A stretch of DNA of 64,000 nucleotides from Azolla caroliniana. Lineage: Eukaryota > Plantae > Polypodiophyta. Shown here piece by piece: positions 48,735-60,211 of this stretch (the first letter of the stretch is position 1; every line of letters starts with the position of its first letter). The DNA lies in contig JBHGNT010000009.1 of NCBI GenBank assembly GCA_043228905.1, positions 9,610,001 to 9,674,000 on the forward strand, given 5' to 3'. Under the pieces are notes generated by a model. The model made no database searches. It was not told where the DNA came from and worked only from the letters and a program-made list of their open reading frames with translations. The position numbers were made by a program, and so were the translations under genes.

Positions 48735-51353
48735 GCGTAATGGTGAGATAGATTAAGCTGCCGATTAGTTCACGATACTCAATTGACTCACACTCGGTTG
48801 TGCCGGAATCAGCATCAATTTTGAGATTACGATCAAGAGGGGTAGACACAGGTTTGCACTTAGTCATTCCGAACTTGTATAGAAGGTTGAGATTGTAGTG
48901 CCGTTGAGAAATCATTATTCTGACTGGTGGCCGAATTAATTCAATGCCAAGGAAGTAATGGAGCTCGTGCAGGTCTTTCATTTTGAATCTGCCGGAAAGA
49001 AGTGATTTGACCTTGTTAATCTCGGCGAGATCCTTTCCTTCGATGACCAAATCATGCACGTAAAGGATGATGACAATCGGGTTATCCGACTCGTTTCAGA
49101 TGTACTGAGAAGTTTCAGATTTTAACTTTCGAAATTCGATCTAATGAAGATACTGCGTGATCTTTGAGTGCCACGCACATGGTGCTTGTTTGAGGCCGTA
49201 GAGAGGCTTCTTGAGGCAGTACATGACGTTCGGATGATTGCATGATTCAAAACCGGGTGGTTGGATCATGTACACCTCTTCTTCTAATTTGCCTTGAAGA
49301 AAGGCATCCTTGACGTCCATCTCATGGAGGTGCCACCCTTTTGCTGCCGCGATTGCATGTACGGTTCGCACAGTGGTCATCTTTGCCACCGGGGCAAAGG
49401 TCTCTTCGTAGTCTATGTTGTGCGTTTGCGTGTATCCTTTCGCAACGAGTTGTGCTTTTAAGCGATTTACGGAGCTATCGGCATTGTGTTTCACTTTGTA
49501 AATCCACCTACAACCAATTGCTTTCTTGTTCGGCGTGTGAGAAACGAGATCCCATGTCTCGTTTTTGCATAGGGCTTGCATTTCTTCATTCATCGCATCG
49601 ACCCATCTCGGATCCTTTACGGTTTCAGAAAGCGTCTCCGGCTCCTGTACTGACGCTACCTTCATCATGAAGGCGTAATAGTACGCCATATAATCATTGT
49701 AGTCGAATCGGCTTACGCGGTTCTTTTCACGGGTAGATCGGCGGAGCTTCTCGTTTGCGGATGCTAAGGCTTTCTTCGCTCCATCTATCCGGATGGTTAG
49801 GATGTCCAGGCCTTCGAACTCACTGTCAAGGGAGTGAGTTGATGCATTGTCGATTGGATCTTTGTACTTAGACATCTTGGCCTTCCCTTTGTCGAGTTTC
49901 GGACTCGGTCGAAATGTGTTGTGCTCCCTCGGGGGATCCCGTGGTTCACTAAGTCATGTTGTAATCGGGCTTTCTTCGTACATGCGCGTGAGCCGATCTT
50001 CATCTTCTATCTCCATTTCGGCGGTTTCCGGGTGGAGCGGAGTCAGAGTCAAAGTTGTTTATGATGCGTACCAGGATGCGAACTCGTCGAAAAAGACATC
50101 TTGACCTATGCGAGATTTTCGGGTAGATGGGTTGTAGCATTTGTACCCCTTTTGTTCGAGTGAGTATCCTACGAGGAGACATTTCTCTGACTTCGAGTCG
50201 AGCTTTTGTTGTGTATCGTCGGGAATATGCATGTAAGTGTTTGCTTCGAAAATGCGGACATGTGATAAGTCCAACGTCTTTCCAAAGAACTTCTCATGAG
50301 GAGTTACATCATATACTCCCGAGGTTGTGCACCTATTCATGAGATATACAACCGTGTTCACCTCTTTTGCCTAGTACGATTTCGGCAGGTTCTTCTCATT
50401 CATCATAGCCCGAGCGACTTCTACTATGTGTCGGTTTTTATGCTCAGCTATGTCATTCTGCTAAGGTGTGTAATGGCATGAGAATTCTCCTCGGATTCCT
50501 TCCTTTCGGAGATACGACGTAAACTCATCCGAAAAATATTCCTTGCCTCCATCCGATCGAAGGCAAGGTATGTGCCGACCCGTAGTTTTTTGGACTTTGG
50601 CCTTGAACCTCTGGAAGTGTCCGAACACTTCGTTCTTCTATCTCATTGGGTAGATCCACGTGCACCTGGAGAAGTTGTCGATGAACGTGACGTAATATCG
50701 GCATCCACCGAGTGTGCTTGTTGGGGCTGGTCCCTATACATCCAAATGTACGACATCCTGGATCCCTTCGCTCACATTCCACTCTTTCGGGAATGGATGT
50801 CGGCGTTGCTTTCCGAACTGGCACACTTCACGTATGCTCGTAATCTCCTTCGTGGAAAAATTCGGGAGTCCGATAACGACTCCTTTCAATTGCATGTCCT
50901 GGAGTTTTTGGAAATTGATGTGACCGATTCTCTTATGCCACAGATTTATGTCAGTTTCGACTTTAAGGCCCTTTGCAAACATGGTTGAGTTTACCTCGTT
51001 CGATTGGAGGATAAACATACGGCCTTCTCGTCGACCGTGGGCTATGACTTGTCCGCCCCTTTCAATGAAGCACCCGTTGTTGAATCGTACCTACATTCCT
51101 TGTTCGACAATCTAGCCGATTGAGACTAGGTTTTTCATGATGGTAGGGACATGTAGTACATTCTTGAGATAGATTTGTTTGACGTTGTTTCCGAATGGGA
51201 CGTCCCCGATATGTTGTATTGGATGAGTCGTTTCATCACCTGTCTCGACATATCCGGGTTGTTCGGGTTTTCACAATTCCCGAAACCAATCGTCATGAGA
51301 CATCATGTAGTTAGATGCTACTGAGTCGACAAACCATACGTTATTTGAGGCGT

Positions 51354-54300
51354 TGTCCTAGGATGACAGGATGTGAAGCCGAGTCTTGCATGAAGAAGTG
51401 TTGATTAATCTCCATATCCCCAATCGTGACTTTAAAATTGGGGCAAGCTCCGTACAAGTCCTCCGTGGCCTTCGTTGCCACTCGAATCTTCCATCCATGG
51501 TTTGTAGACGCCTTCCTTCATGATTATGGATTCTCCACGCTAGTCTCCTCTAGCCATTGTCGACGCTTATCAAGACGGTTGCAAGCCTTCTTCACTGACG
51601 CCCTATCTGCTACCAGGCCATTTGGTTGCGTTTCATCCTCCAAAAGGCTACCCAATTCTCATCAGTCTTTCGTATCCTCCGCCTTCATGAACAACAAGAC
51701 TTTATCTCCATCGAGAACTCGTTGATCAACACTCGGTAGTCGGTTGTACTTTTGGTCGAATTCCGCATATACTCCCGACGCACACAGATTCTTCCCTTTC
51801 TTCTCGATCCAAATCATTACTGTATGTCGAGTCATCCTTGACGTATCTTCAAGCATGTATTCAGCAAGAAGCACCTTTTCGAACTCTACCCAAGTTGTGT
51901 GCTCATTTTGGATCTTCATGATGCGCTCACGGATTCCTGGTTCCACCACACGCTTAAAGCTAGAAATTTGTTTCAAATCGTGGACATCTCTCTGTTTCAT
52001 TTAGTTCCGATAGGTAGCAAGGAAATTCGTGATGTTCTTGCCATCGAATCGTCCAACTATCTCCACTGTTCGATCAACAGCTTTGTCGATTAAAGCCTCC
52101 CGATTCTCACCTTCAGCATGTATTCCACGACAGACACCATGCCTTTCGTTAATTCCTCTCCTTGAGTTCCACTTGTCGAAGCCATCATCGCACTTGATAT
52201 CCTCGACATGGTTGTTTATGTACCCGTATTTAACGTTTAAATACGTGTAGTACCTCATCATTTGTATAGTACGTACTATACCTCAATGTTGTTCAATCAG
52301 ATATCATGTACATTTGTCGAATACGGTATTTAACTTATTTATAAAAAAAACAGGTATAATACGTATTTATAAAGAAAATGTAAGTAAAACCCTAACAAAA
52401 AGCAAAAGAAAAAAAAGATTTTAGTGAAAAAGAAGCCAAAGGAAGGAAGAAAGAAGAATAGAAGAAACGACGATGAAGAAGAAGAAGAAGAAGAAGAAGA
52501 GAGAAAAGAAGACATAAACCTATCCTGAGTGTGATAATCGCAAAAGATAGAAGAAGAAGAAGAAGAAGAAGAAGAAGAAAACGAAGAAAAGAGAAACCTA
52601 TCATGAGTGTAATAATCGTAGACGATTCCTCAATCTATGAAGGCATAACTGTAAATAATTACAATTTGAAGTAGAACATCGTGATACACACTTACACTGA
52701 TTTATAGAATAAGGGAATGTTGACATCCATATTACTACAGGTATTTTAGGATGTGAAATGTTCAAATGTCTTATATGCATTTTAGGATGTAGAACTATAT
52801 TGTACATCACAAAATTGTGTAAACATAGATGTTTTTTACAATATTATAGATATTTGTTAGAAAGGTAAATAATTTTCAAATTCTAGAAGTATTTAACGTA
52901 CTATACGTAAAATATGTATTTTACGTACTTTACGTATTTAATAAGTATCTAACATATTAAGAAAACGTATTTAACGTATTTTTAAATTGAGAGGTACTAT
53001 ACGGGTATTAATACGTTAAATACGTATGGTATCCGTACCATACCTAATGTACCTAACAACTTTGCTCCCTACCGCCTCTTCACATCAGGTTCACCACTTA
53101 ATTTTGTCGTGAAAAATCCATCACTATGTGCAGATTGTGAGGCAGAACCGTCAGGGTTATGGACTAGAAGGATTTAGAGCTCACCCATACAACACAAGCA
53201 AGATTTACACATAAGACATGTAGGTGAAAGAAAACATTCGTTTATATCAAAATAATAGATTCTTTTATAATATAAGAATCGTGCTACAACAGATTGGATA
53301 TGAAAATGAGAGATAATTTTGAAAGAAAGGATTCGGCCCACCATATGAGTGGTTCAATATGAATATGAGAGATTGTTTTCCCCCAAAGAATCGAGAGAAG
53401 AGAAATAATAATAATAATAATAATAATAAGAGAAAAAAAAGAGTGCAATACATAAGCAGTTCTTTGTTGATCATGGCCCTTGATGTTTAGTTGCATGCGT
53501 CCACACATGACCTTTACTTTAGTTGCATGAGTCCACTTTTAGTTGCATGTGACATCCGTATAATTCGGCCATATGTTCCAATCATCCATAATGTTTAGCC
53601 CGTGGGTAATCCATACGTGCGTCGCGACAGAACACGCACGCGTGCGCGTCCCGACCGAGCCATGTGCACATCCACCGAACCGTGCACGCCTCCATGCGCG
53701 CGCGTCCCCTACCAAGTCGTGGACGCTTCCGTGTGAGAGCGCCCCTAATCGAGGATTACGCATGGGCCGAACATTATGGGTGATTGGATCATATGGCCGA
53801 ATTATACGGATGTCGCGACAGAACAAGCACGCGTGTGCGTCCTGACCGTGTTGTGCGCACATCCACCGAACCGTGCACGCCTCCATGCGTGCATGTCCCC
53901 TACCGAGCCGTGGACGCCTCCGTGTGAGTGTGTCCCCAACCGAGCCATGGACACTTCCGTGCGTGCACACGTCCCGACCACTACGAACGCTCAAACCGTG
54001 CAACCATCCATGCGCGGGCGGGTCCCGACCAAGCCGTGCACGCATCTACCGACCGACCCGCAATTGACCCGTGCACTACGAACGCTCAAAACAATCTACA
54101 CACTACGGATTGCTCCAAACGGCCGAACAACTCATGAAAACAGCTCATGCACTATAGACAACCCATGCACCAAGCACCCAAATTTGAAGTAGTGGGTTTG
54201 AGATATGCTTATATAATGTGGGATCTGATGTTGTCCTATCTCACAATTCTGTTTTCCTCATCTTCTCCACTTCATAGTCACATAACTTGATACTTAGTTG

Positions 54301-54432
54301 TTCGTTTCATATGTAGAAAAATGTGTTCGAACTCTCTTGAAGACGTCCATCTTTTTGTACTAAGCCATTTAAGCTAATCTAAAACAATTATTTCACTATT
54401 TTTTTATATCGTGTGTGAAGAACCACATGACA
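51354..54432 (-). mobile_element. 5' part of a Phygy-like element (LTR 53105-54432, Trp PBS 53079-53096, deleted gag and protease)
   Basis: TGTC termini; TGGTGAACCTGATGTGAA; gag 51662-52200; protease piece HGWKIRVATKATEDLYGACP. Confidence 0.85.
52207..53064. mobile_element. AT-rich foldback (MITE-like) insertion between PBS and gag
   Basis: Imperfect terminal and subterminal inverted repeats, (GAA)n tracts, repeated ACGTATTT motifs; no clear TSD. Confidence 0.5.
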
Positions 54433-55138
54433 CCGGTCACACTAGATACGAAGCAGTTAAGAACTTTGCTTGTTGCATGTTCCTAGGCTGAAAAATCCTT
54501 GTGTGTCGAATCTGGTGATGCATCATTCACTCCTTGGACATAACTCCAGTACCCATGTCCGAGCAGGTATTGGTGCATCTTGTATGACCAAGATGCGTAG
54601 TTGCTTTTGTCGAGCTTCTCTGTCGGAAGAGACCTTCCCATGCTTTTGTCCATTTCTCTTCTATTGTTCTTGTTTGAAAGTTGGTTTTGTTTGTGTTGAA
54701 AACTCTTGTCGGCAGTAGGGGATTTTCTAACCCCCGTACTCTAATACCATGTAAGAATTATACTACGGAAGCTAAACACAGATCACAACTGGCTTAGCCG
54801 AATAGCAACAGAGAATGCAGAGAGTGGAATACGTGTAGTAGGTGAAAGAAAGAGACACAGAGAACAAAAACCAATTTCAAAAATGAACACTCTGTTCTAT
54901 ACAGCGAATGTGCTCATAAAGCAGTTTTATACAAGTCCTTAAAAAGGATTGACACAAGTACCATTAGTACTTGAATGCTCATAAATAAGCCCCTACACTA
55001 ACTTCCAAATATATTCCCGAATATTTGTCCAACAGCCTTCCGGCACCTGCCAATCCGGCCCAGTCGATCGGTTTCCGTTTGATCCGGTTCTCAGCTTCTT
55101 CAGCCAATCCGGCCCAAGTTGAGCTTGTTTGCTCAACG
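54433..55138 (-). mobile_element. copia 5' end (LTR 54750-55138, Met-type PBS, gag start)
   Basis: Minus strand MGRSLPTEKLDKSNYASWSYKMHQYLLGHGYWSY; PBS TGGTATTAGAGT. Confidence 0.85.
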
Positions 55139-56091
55139 ATAATTTTTATAAAATGGACGAAGAAAGCTTAATCATAATCTAGGAGGAATTATCAGACGAT
55201 TTTTACGCTTTGGCTCAGGTGCAAACCAATGAAGTTCGAAAACTATTGGAAGAGTTTGAGGATGATCAGCTGCAACTGACATTGGAGTTGGAAGCTTATG
55301 AGCGGGAGAGAGTTCAACTGGTGGAAAAGAAAATCATAGAAAACCAACTCGAACAGATAAATATTAGTGATGAAGAGTGACTAGAGGTGGAGCCAAAACA
55401 AGCACACACGGAGGAGGAACAACAAGAGAAACAGGCGGAGCAGCCGATGAAACAAGGACCAATGTAACAAAGGGCTAAAAATGAGGAACCGCCATGAGTA
55501 ACAGAGGAAGAAAAGTTGCTCGAAGAGAGTCAATCACAACAATAGGTAGGACGTAGGTCAGAAACCCAGCAAGACTTGACGGAGGACAAACAACCAAATA
55601 TTTTGGATATATTGGAGGAGAGCTAAGGGCATCTGGGTCTGACTTGCAAGGCACTATCCCACGAGTGTGCCAATTGTTGCCCAGAGAATAAGAGCCGAAG
55701 GAATGTAGATCTAGAAGACAATCTGGAAAGAGTGTGAATATGTATACCGGATAATTAGGAGAATGAAGAATATTAGTAGATATGAAGAGATATGACGTTA
55801 AGGGATGTCGAATCCAGAAAGATGTACCAATCCGGATGGACACCATTTTGTATCAAAACCGGCTACCTATATAAGGAGTCCGAATTGTATAGTTCGAGTG
55901 TGCAAGTAATATAATTATATAATTGGGAAGATTTGTGAACTTGTCGTCTTGTGTACTTGAATGTCTTATCTTACACATGTATTAATGTGTGTTGTCAATT
56001 TGTAATTGTTATCCGGATCGACGGATTGAATACATGGATTATTACCATACCTCCGACCACACCTTTAGATTGTATTCCGGTATGGAGTACT
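55139..56091 (+). mobile_element. 3' remnant of an extra-ORF gypsy element (ORF tail plus LTR from about 55634)
   Basis: Peptide homology to about 18143-18360 and LTR similarity to 18700-19180. Confidence 0.75.
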
Positions 56092-59000
56092 TGTTGAGCG
56101 GCAAGCTCAACCAGATCCAGATCGGCTGAATAAGGCTGAGCCGGATAGGTGAGTCGGTGAGCTGGAGAGCCGGTTTGCCGGATCCAGCAGTAACTGGAAG
56201 CCTAGTAGCAACCCAAACTACTAGGTAGTTAATGTCTCGTAGTTAGTGTCAGACGCTCATGTGAGCATAGTTACACCATACTTTTGTCAGTCCTCTTAGG
56301 ACTTGTATAAATAGTGTTGTTGAGCACGTTGTATGTACATATATTTTTACAAAGTTGTCGATAATAGATTTAAGTTGTTCTCCTCTCTCTCTCTATCTCT
56401 CCCCCGTACTGTGTATATTCAAGCTCTCCATTAAACCTGCGTTTTTGTTTTCGGTTTTCTATTGCTTCTGCACGCTATTCTTTTTTTCATGGTATCAAAG
56501 CGCGAGGGTTGAAAACCTCTACAGCCGACATTAGCATCTGAAGACAAACCCTAAGACCCGGTAAGAACAGAAGGAGAAGTGATGGATAGAGGAATGGCTA
56601 GCTCGCTCCCGGTGGAGAAGCTCGACAGATCCAACTACGCATCTTGGTTATACAAGATGCACCAGTACCTGCTTGGGCATGGTTACTGGAGCTATGTCGA
56701 TAGAGCTAACGACACAGCACTTGATGCGGCACACAAGGACTTCCTAGTGTGGGAACAAGCGGCAAGTAGAGTGATGTACCGCTTTACGTCCAGTGTTGGA
56801 GACCGGCTGTTGAGCCATGTCCAAGATGCCAAGACGCCAAAAGAAGCTTGGGGAAACCTGAAGAAGGTTTTCACGGCAAGCACTACGGCCCGGAAGCTGC
56901 AACTCCAACAGGAGTTGAACAATGTCTGACAGAAGGACATGTCGGTAGCCGATTACACGGCCCGAATCAAAGAGATCTGTGACTCACTTGCCTCTATCAA
57001 CGTCATTGTAGAGGAAGATGAGATGGTGCAGATCTATCTTGGGGCCTAGCATCTAAATTCGGAGCGTTTCGAACGGCGGTATGTACAAGGGAGAATACGC
57101 CGTCATTTTTCGACTTACAGTCGATGCTCCTTGTAGAAGAGAACCACACAGGTGTGTCAACAAGTGCACCCACCGATAGCTAGATGTTGTACACGGATGC
57201 GGATCGACCTCGTAAGCGTGGTGCACGAGGCGGGTTGGTTCGCAATGGTAGCGGCCGGCAAGAGCAGGACCGAAGGCACAGAGAGCGTGCCGACAGCAGT
57301 TCTGAACCCTCCACAAGCAGGGGGAGTCAAGGTGGCTCTGGAGGAAGGCAAGCAAAGGCCGACACGGAATGTTGGTACTGTGATAAAAAGGGCCATAGAG
57401 AAAGCGAGTGTTGGAAGAAGCGCGCCAATTCGGACAGATCTAGATCCGGATCCGGCAAGGCTGATAGAGAGAACCAGCAATACTCGCACTACGTAGAAGG
57501 ATCGGGAGGATCCAAAACCGGAAAAGTTGGTAAAGGGCCAGCCTTGGTGATGAAACACGAGGCTAACTCAATGAAGAAGACCACTTCCAAATCGGAGGAA
57601 GTGTGGTACGTTGATTTCGGTGCATCAAATCACATGACGAGCCAGAAAGAGTGGTTCTCCTTCTTGGAGAAATCGGAACAACCGGGAGTAATCGAAACCG
57701 GAGACAACACTCCTTACCCAATCGTGCATGGCGGAGAAGTCCCTTTGAGCCACGTCGGAAGCTGATGAACGTATTACACGTTCCAACTATCACGAAGAAC
57801 CTAGTGTCAGTCGATCAGATCGTTGACCAGGGGATGTAGGTGCGGTTTACGCACCTTCGGTGCTTCATCGAGGAAAAGGACCAGATTATTGCGCAAGGAC
57901 GCAGAGATGGGAGGATGTTCATCCTCGACACCAATGACGCCGGCACCGCTTTGTTCGCCAAAGGACAGAAGGTTGAATCGGATATTGATCTCTGGCACAA
58001 GCATATCAGCCAAATCAATTACCAGAGGCTTCAAGACCTGCAAACGAAACAAGTTGTTTTCAGTTTGCCGAAATTCAGTGGCCAGAAGGCCCAAATATGT
58101 GAAGCCTACCAACTCGGGAAGCAACACCGGCTTCCATTCCCCACTGAACGAAACCGTAGCCATAACAAGCTTGATCTTATTCATTTGGATGTATGGGGAC
58201 CGGCACAGAACGTTAGTCTTGGCGGGAGTCGATACTTCGTCTCCTTCATCGACGACTACAGTTGGCACACCAGGATCTACCTCATTGAGCGGAAGAGCGA
58301 AGACTTCGAGTGTTTTCCGAACCTACAAAGCCTCATTGAACGGGAAATGAAGAGGAAGATCAAGTTCTTGCAGTCAGATGGCGAAAAAGAATAAATTTCC
58401 GGCCAATTCAACAGTTATCTGCAACAAAAAGGAATTCGGAGACAGCTCAGCTACAGATACACACCGGAGCAAAACGGTGTGGCCGAGAGGAAGAATCGGT
58501 CGATTATCGATGCGGCAAGGGCGATGCTGGAGGAGAAGAGCATGCCCAAATTCTACTGAGATGAGGCGGTCCGAACGGCCGTCTATATCCAAAACTGGAT
58601 CGATGACAAGGTGTCCATGCATGAGGTGTATTTCAGGCGCAAGCCGAATTTGAGACACCTTCGAATATTCGGTAGCATTGCATATGTGCATGTGTTGGAT
58701 GAGAAGCGGAGGAAGTTGGATGCAAAGTTGGAGAAATGCATCCTGGTCAGTTACTCGCATGAGCAAAAGGGGTATAAGTGTTATAACCGCTAGACGAAGC
58801 AGGTTCGAGTTAGCCGAGATGTTGAGTTTGATGAGATGGCATTATGGTATGCCTTACCGGCTCCGACTTCCGACCCCGACCCGATACCGGAGGATGAGGC
58901 TAGTGAGCCTGAACCAGTCCAGTTAGAAGACGAAAGGTTCGAGACTCTAGATGAGAGTTCGGAATTGTTTCAGTTGAGTGGGCCGAACGAGCAACTGGTT

Positions 59001-60211
59001 TTGACAAAACAATCAGATGGTGAACCCGCAAGTAGTGGAGACTCTGTTGTGCTCTCCCCGCGCAAGCAACCGAGGAGACGGTTCACGCGTAAGGAAAAGG
59101 GGAAGAGGAAGATGTCGAAGCACGAGACTGGCAATGGTATGTCGGATTGGGGCGGATCCGACTCCGGAAAAGAAGAAGGAGGATCTTCGGCAACGAAGAC
59201 TGAACCGGCCAAGAAGGGCCTCAAACCGGGTAACGATAAGTTACGCCGATCTTCCCGCCAGAAGAACCCCATGAAGCGGTACGGGTACAATGAGTACATG
59301 GCGCATCACTATGCGTACATGACCAAGGTGGCGGAAGTGCGTGAGCCGGAGAGCTACGCAAAAGTGGCAAAGGACGCAAATTGGCGCACCGCTATGGAGG
59401 AAGAAATGCGGGCACTTGATGCCAACGACACCTGGGACCTAGTTGACCCTCCCCGACACTGTAAACCAATCGGATGTAAGTGGGTGTACAAGGTAAAGTA
59501 CAATGCCAATGGTTTGGTTAACCGATACAAGGCTTGGTTAGTGGCGAAGGGATACACGTAGACCCACGGAATCGACTACGACGAGACCTTCGCTCTGATA
59601 GCAAAGATGGCGACGGTTCATGTGGTGTTGGCGGTTGCTACGGCAAAGGGGGTGGCATCTTCACCAGATGGACGTGAAGAATGCATTTCTTCAAGACGAT
59701 CTTGAAGAAGAGGTCTTCATGACCCAACCCCCCGGTTTCCGATCGAAGATGAATAAGTCGGCGGTATGCCGGTTGAAGAAGTCACTTTAAGGCCTGAAGC
59801 AAGCCCCTCGAGCTTGGAATGTGAAGATCACGCACCGGTTGCGTAAGATGGGATTTGCGTCCTCCAAGTCTGACTCTTCGTTGTTCATCCGCCAAGGTCC
59901 GGATGGTCCGGTTTGCATCTTGTTGTATATTGATGATCTAGTCATCACCGGACCAGGACTCGATGAAATCAGCCGAGTCAAGTCCCAGCTGTTGGGCGCA
60001 TTTGAGATGAAGAACCTGGGGGACCTTCACTACTTCCTTGGGATCGAGGTGATCCAAACCCCCGATGGCATATTGCTCTCACAAAGACACTATGTGTTGA
60101 GTATGTTGTCCAAGTTCGGCATGACGGAATGCCGATCGATCTCCACACCCCTGGATCGGAACTAGAAGCTCTGTCCCGACTCCGGACCGACCTGCAATGT
60201 GAAGTGGTTCC
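56092..60211 (+). mobile_element. Ty1/copia element (5' LTR 56092-56489, Met PBS), interrupted in RT by a chromovirus
   Basis: TGGTATCAAAGC; gag from 56579; CWYCDKKGH knuckle; integrase HLDVWGP; RT LYIDDL. Confidence 0.93.

Larger units (their letters stand above)
39527..51353 (-). mobile_element. Ty1/copia element lacking its 5' end (3' LTR 39527-39831), hosting two gypsy insertions
   Basis: PPT GAAGGGGAG; RH, RT, INT and PR fragments are collinear once 40211-47500 and 47949-48734 are removed. Confidence 0.9.

Noticed and set aside
53539-54192. ORFs in the CG-rich LTR interior
   Set aside because: Open frames on both strands are explained by repeats and GC content.
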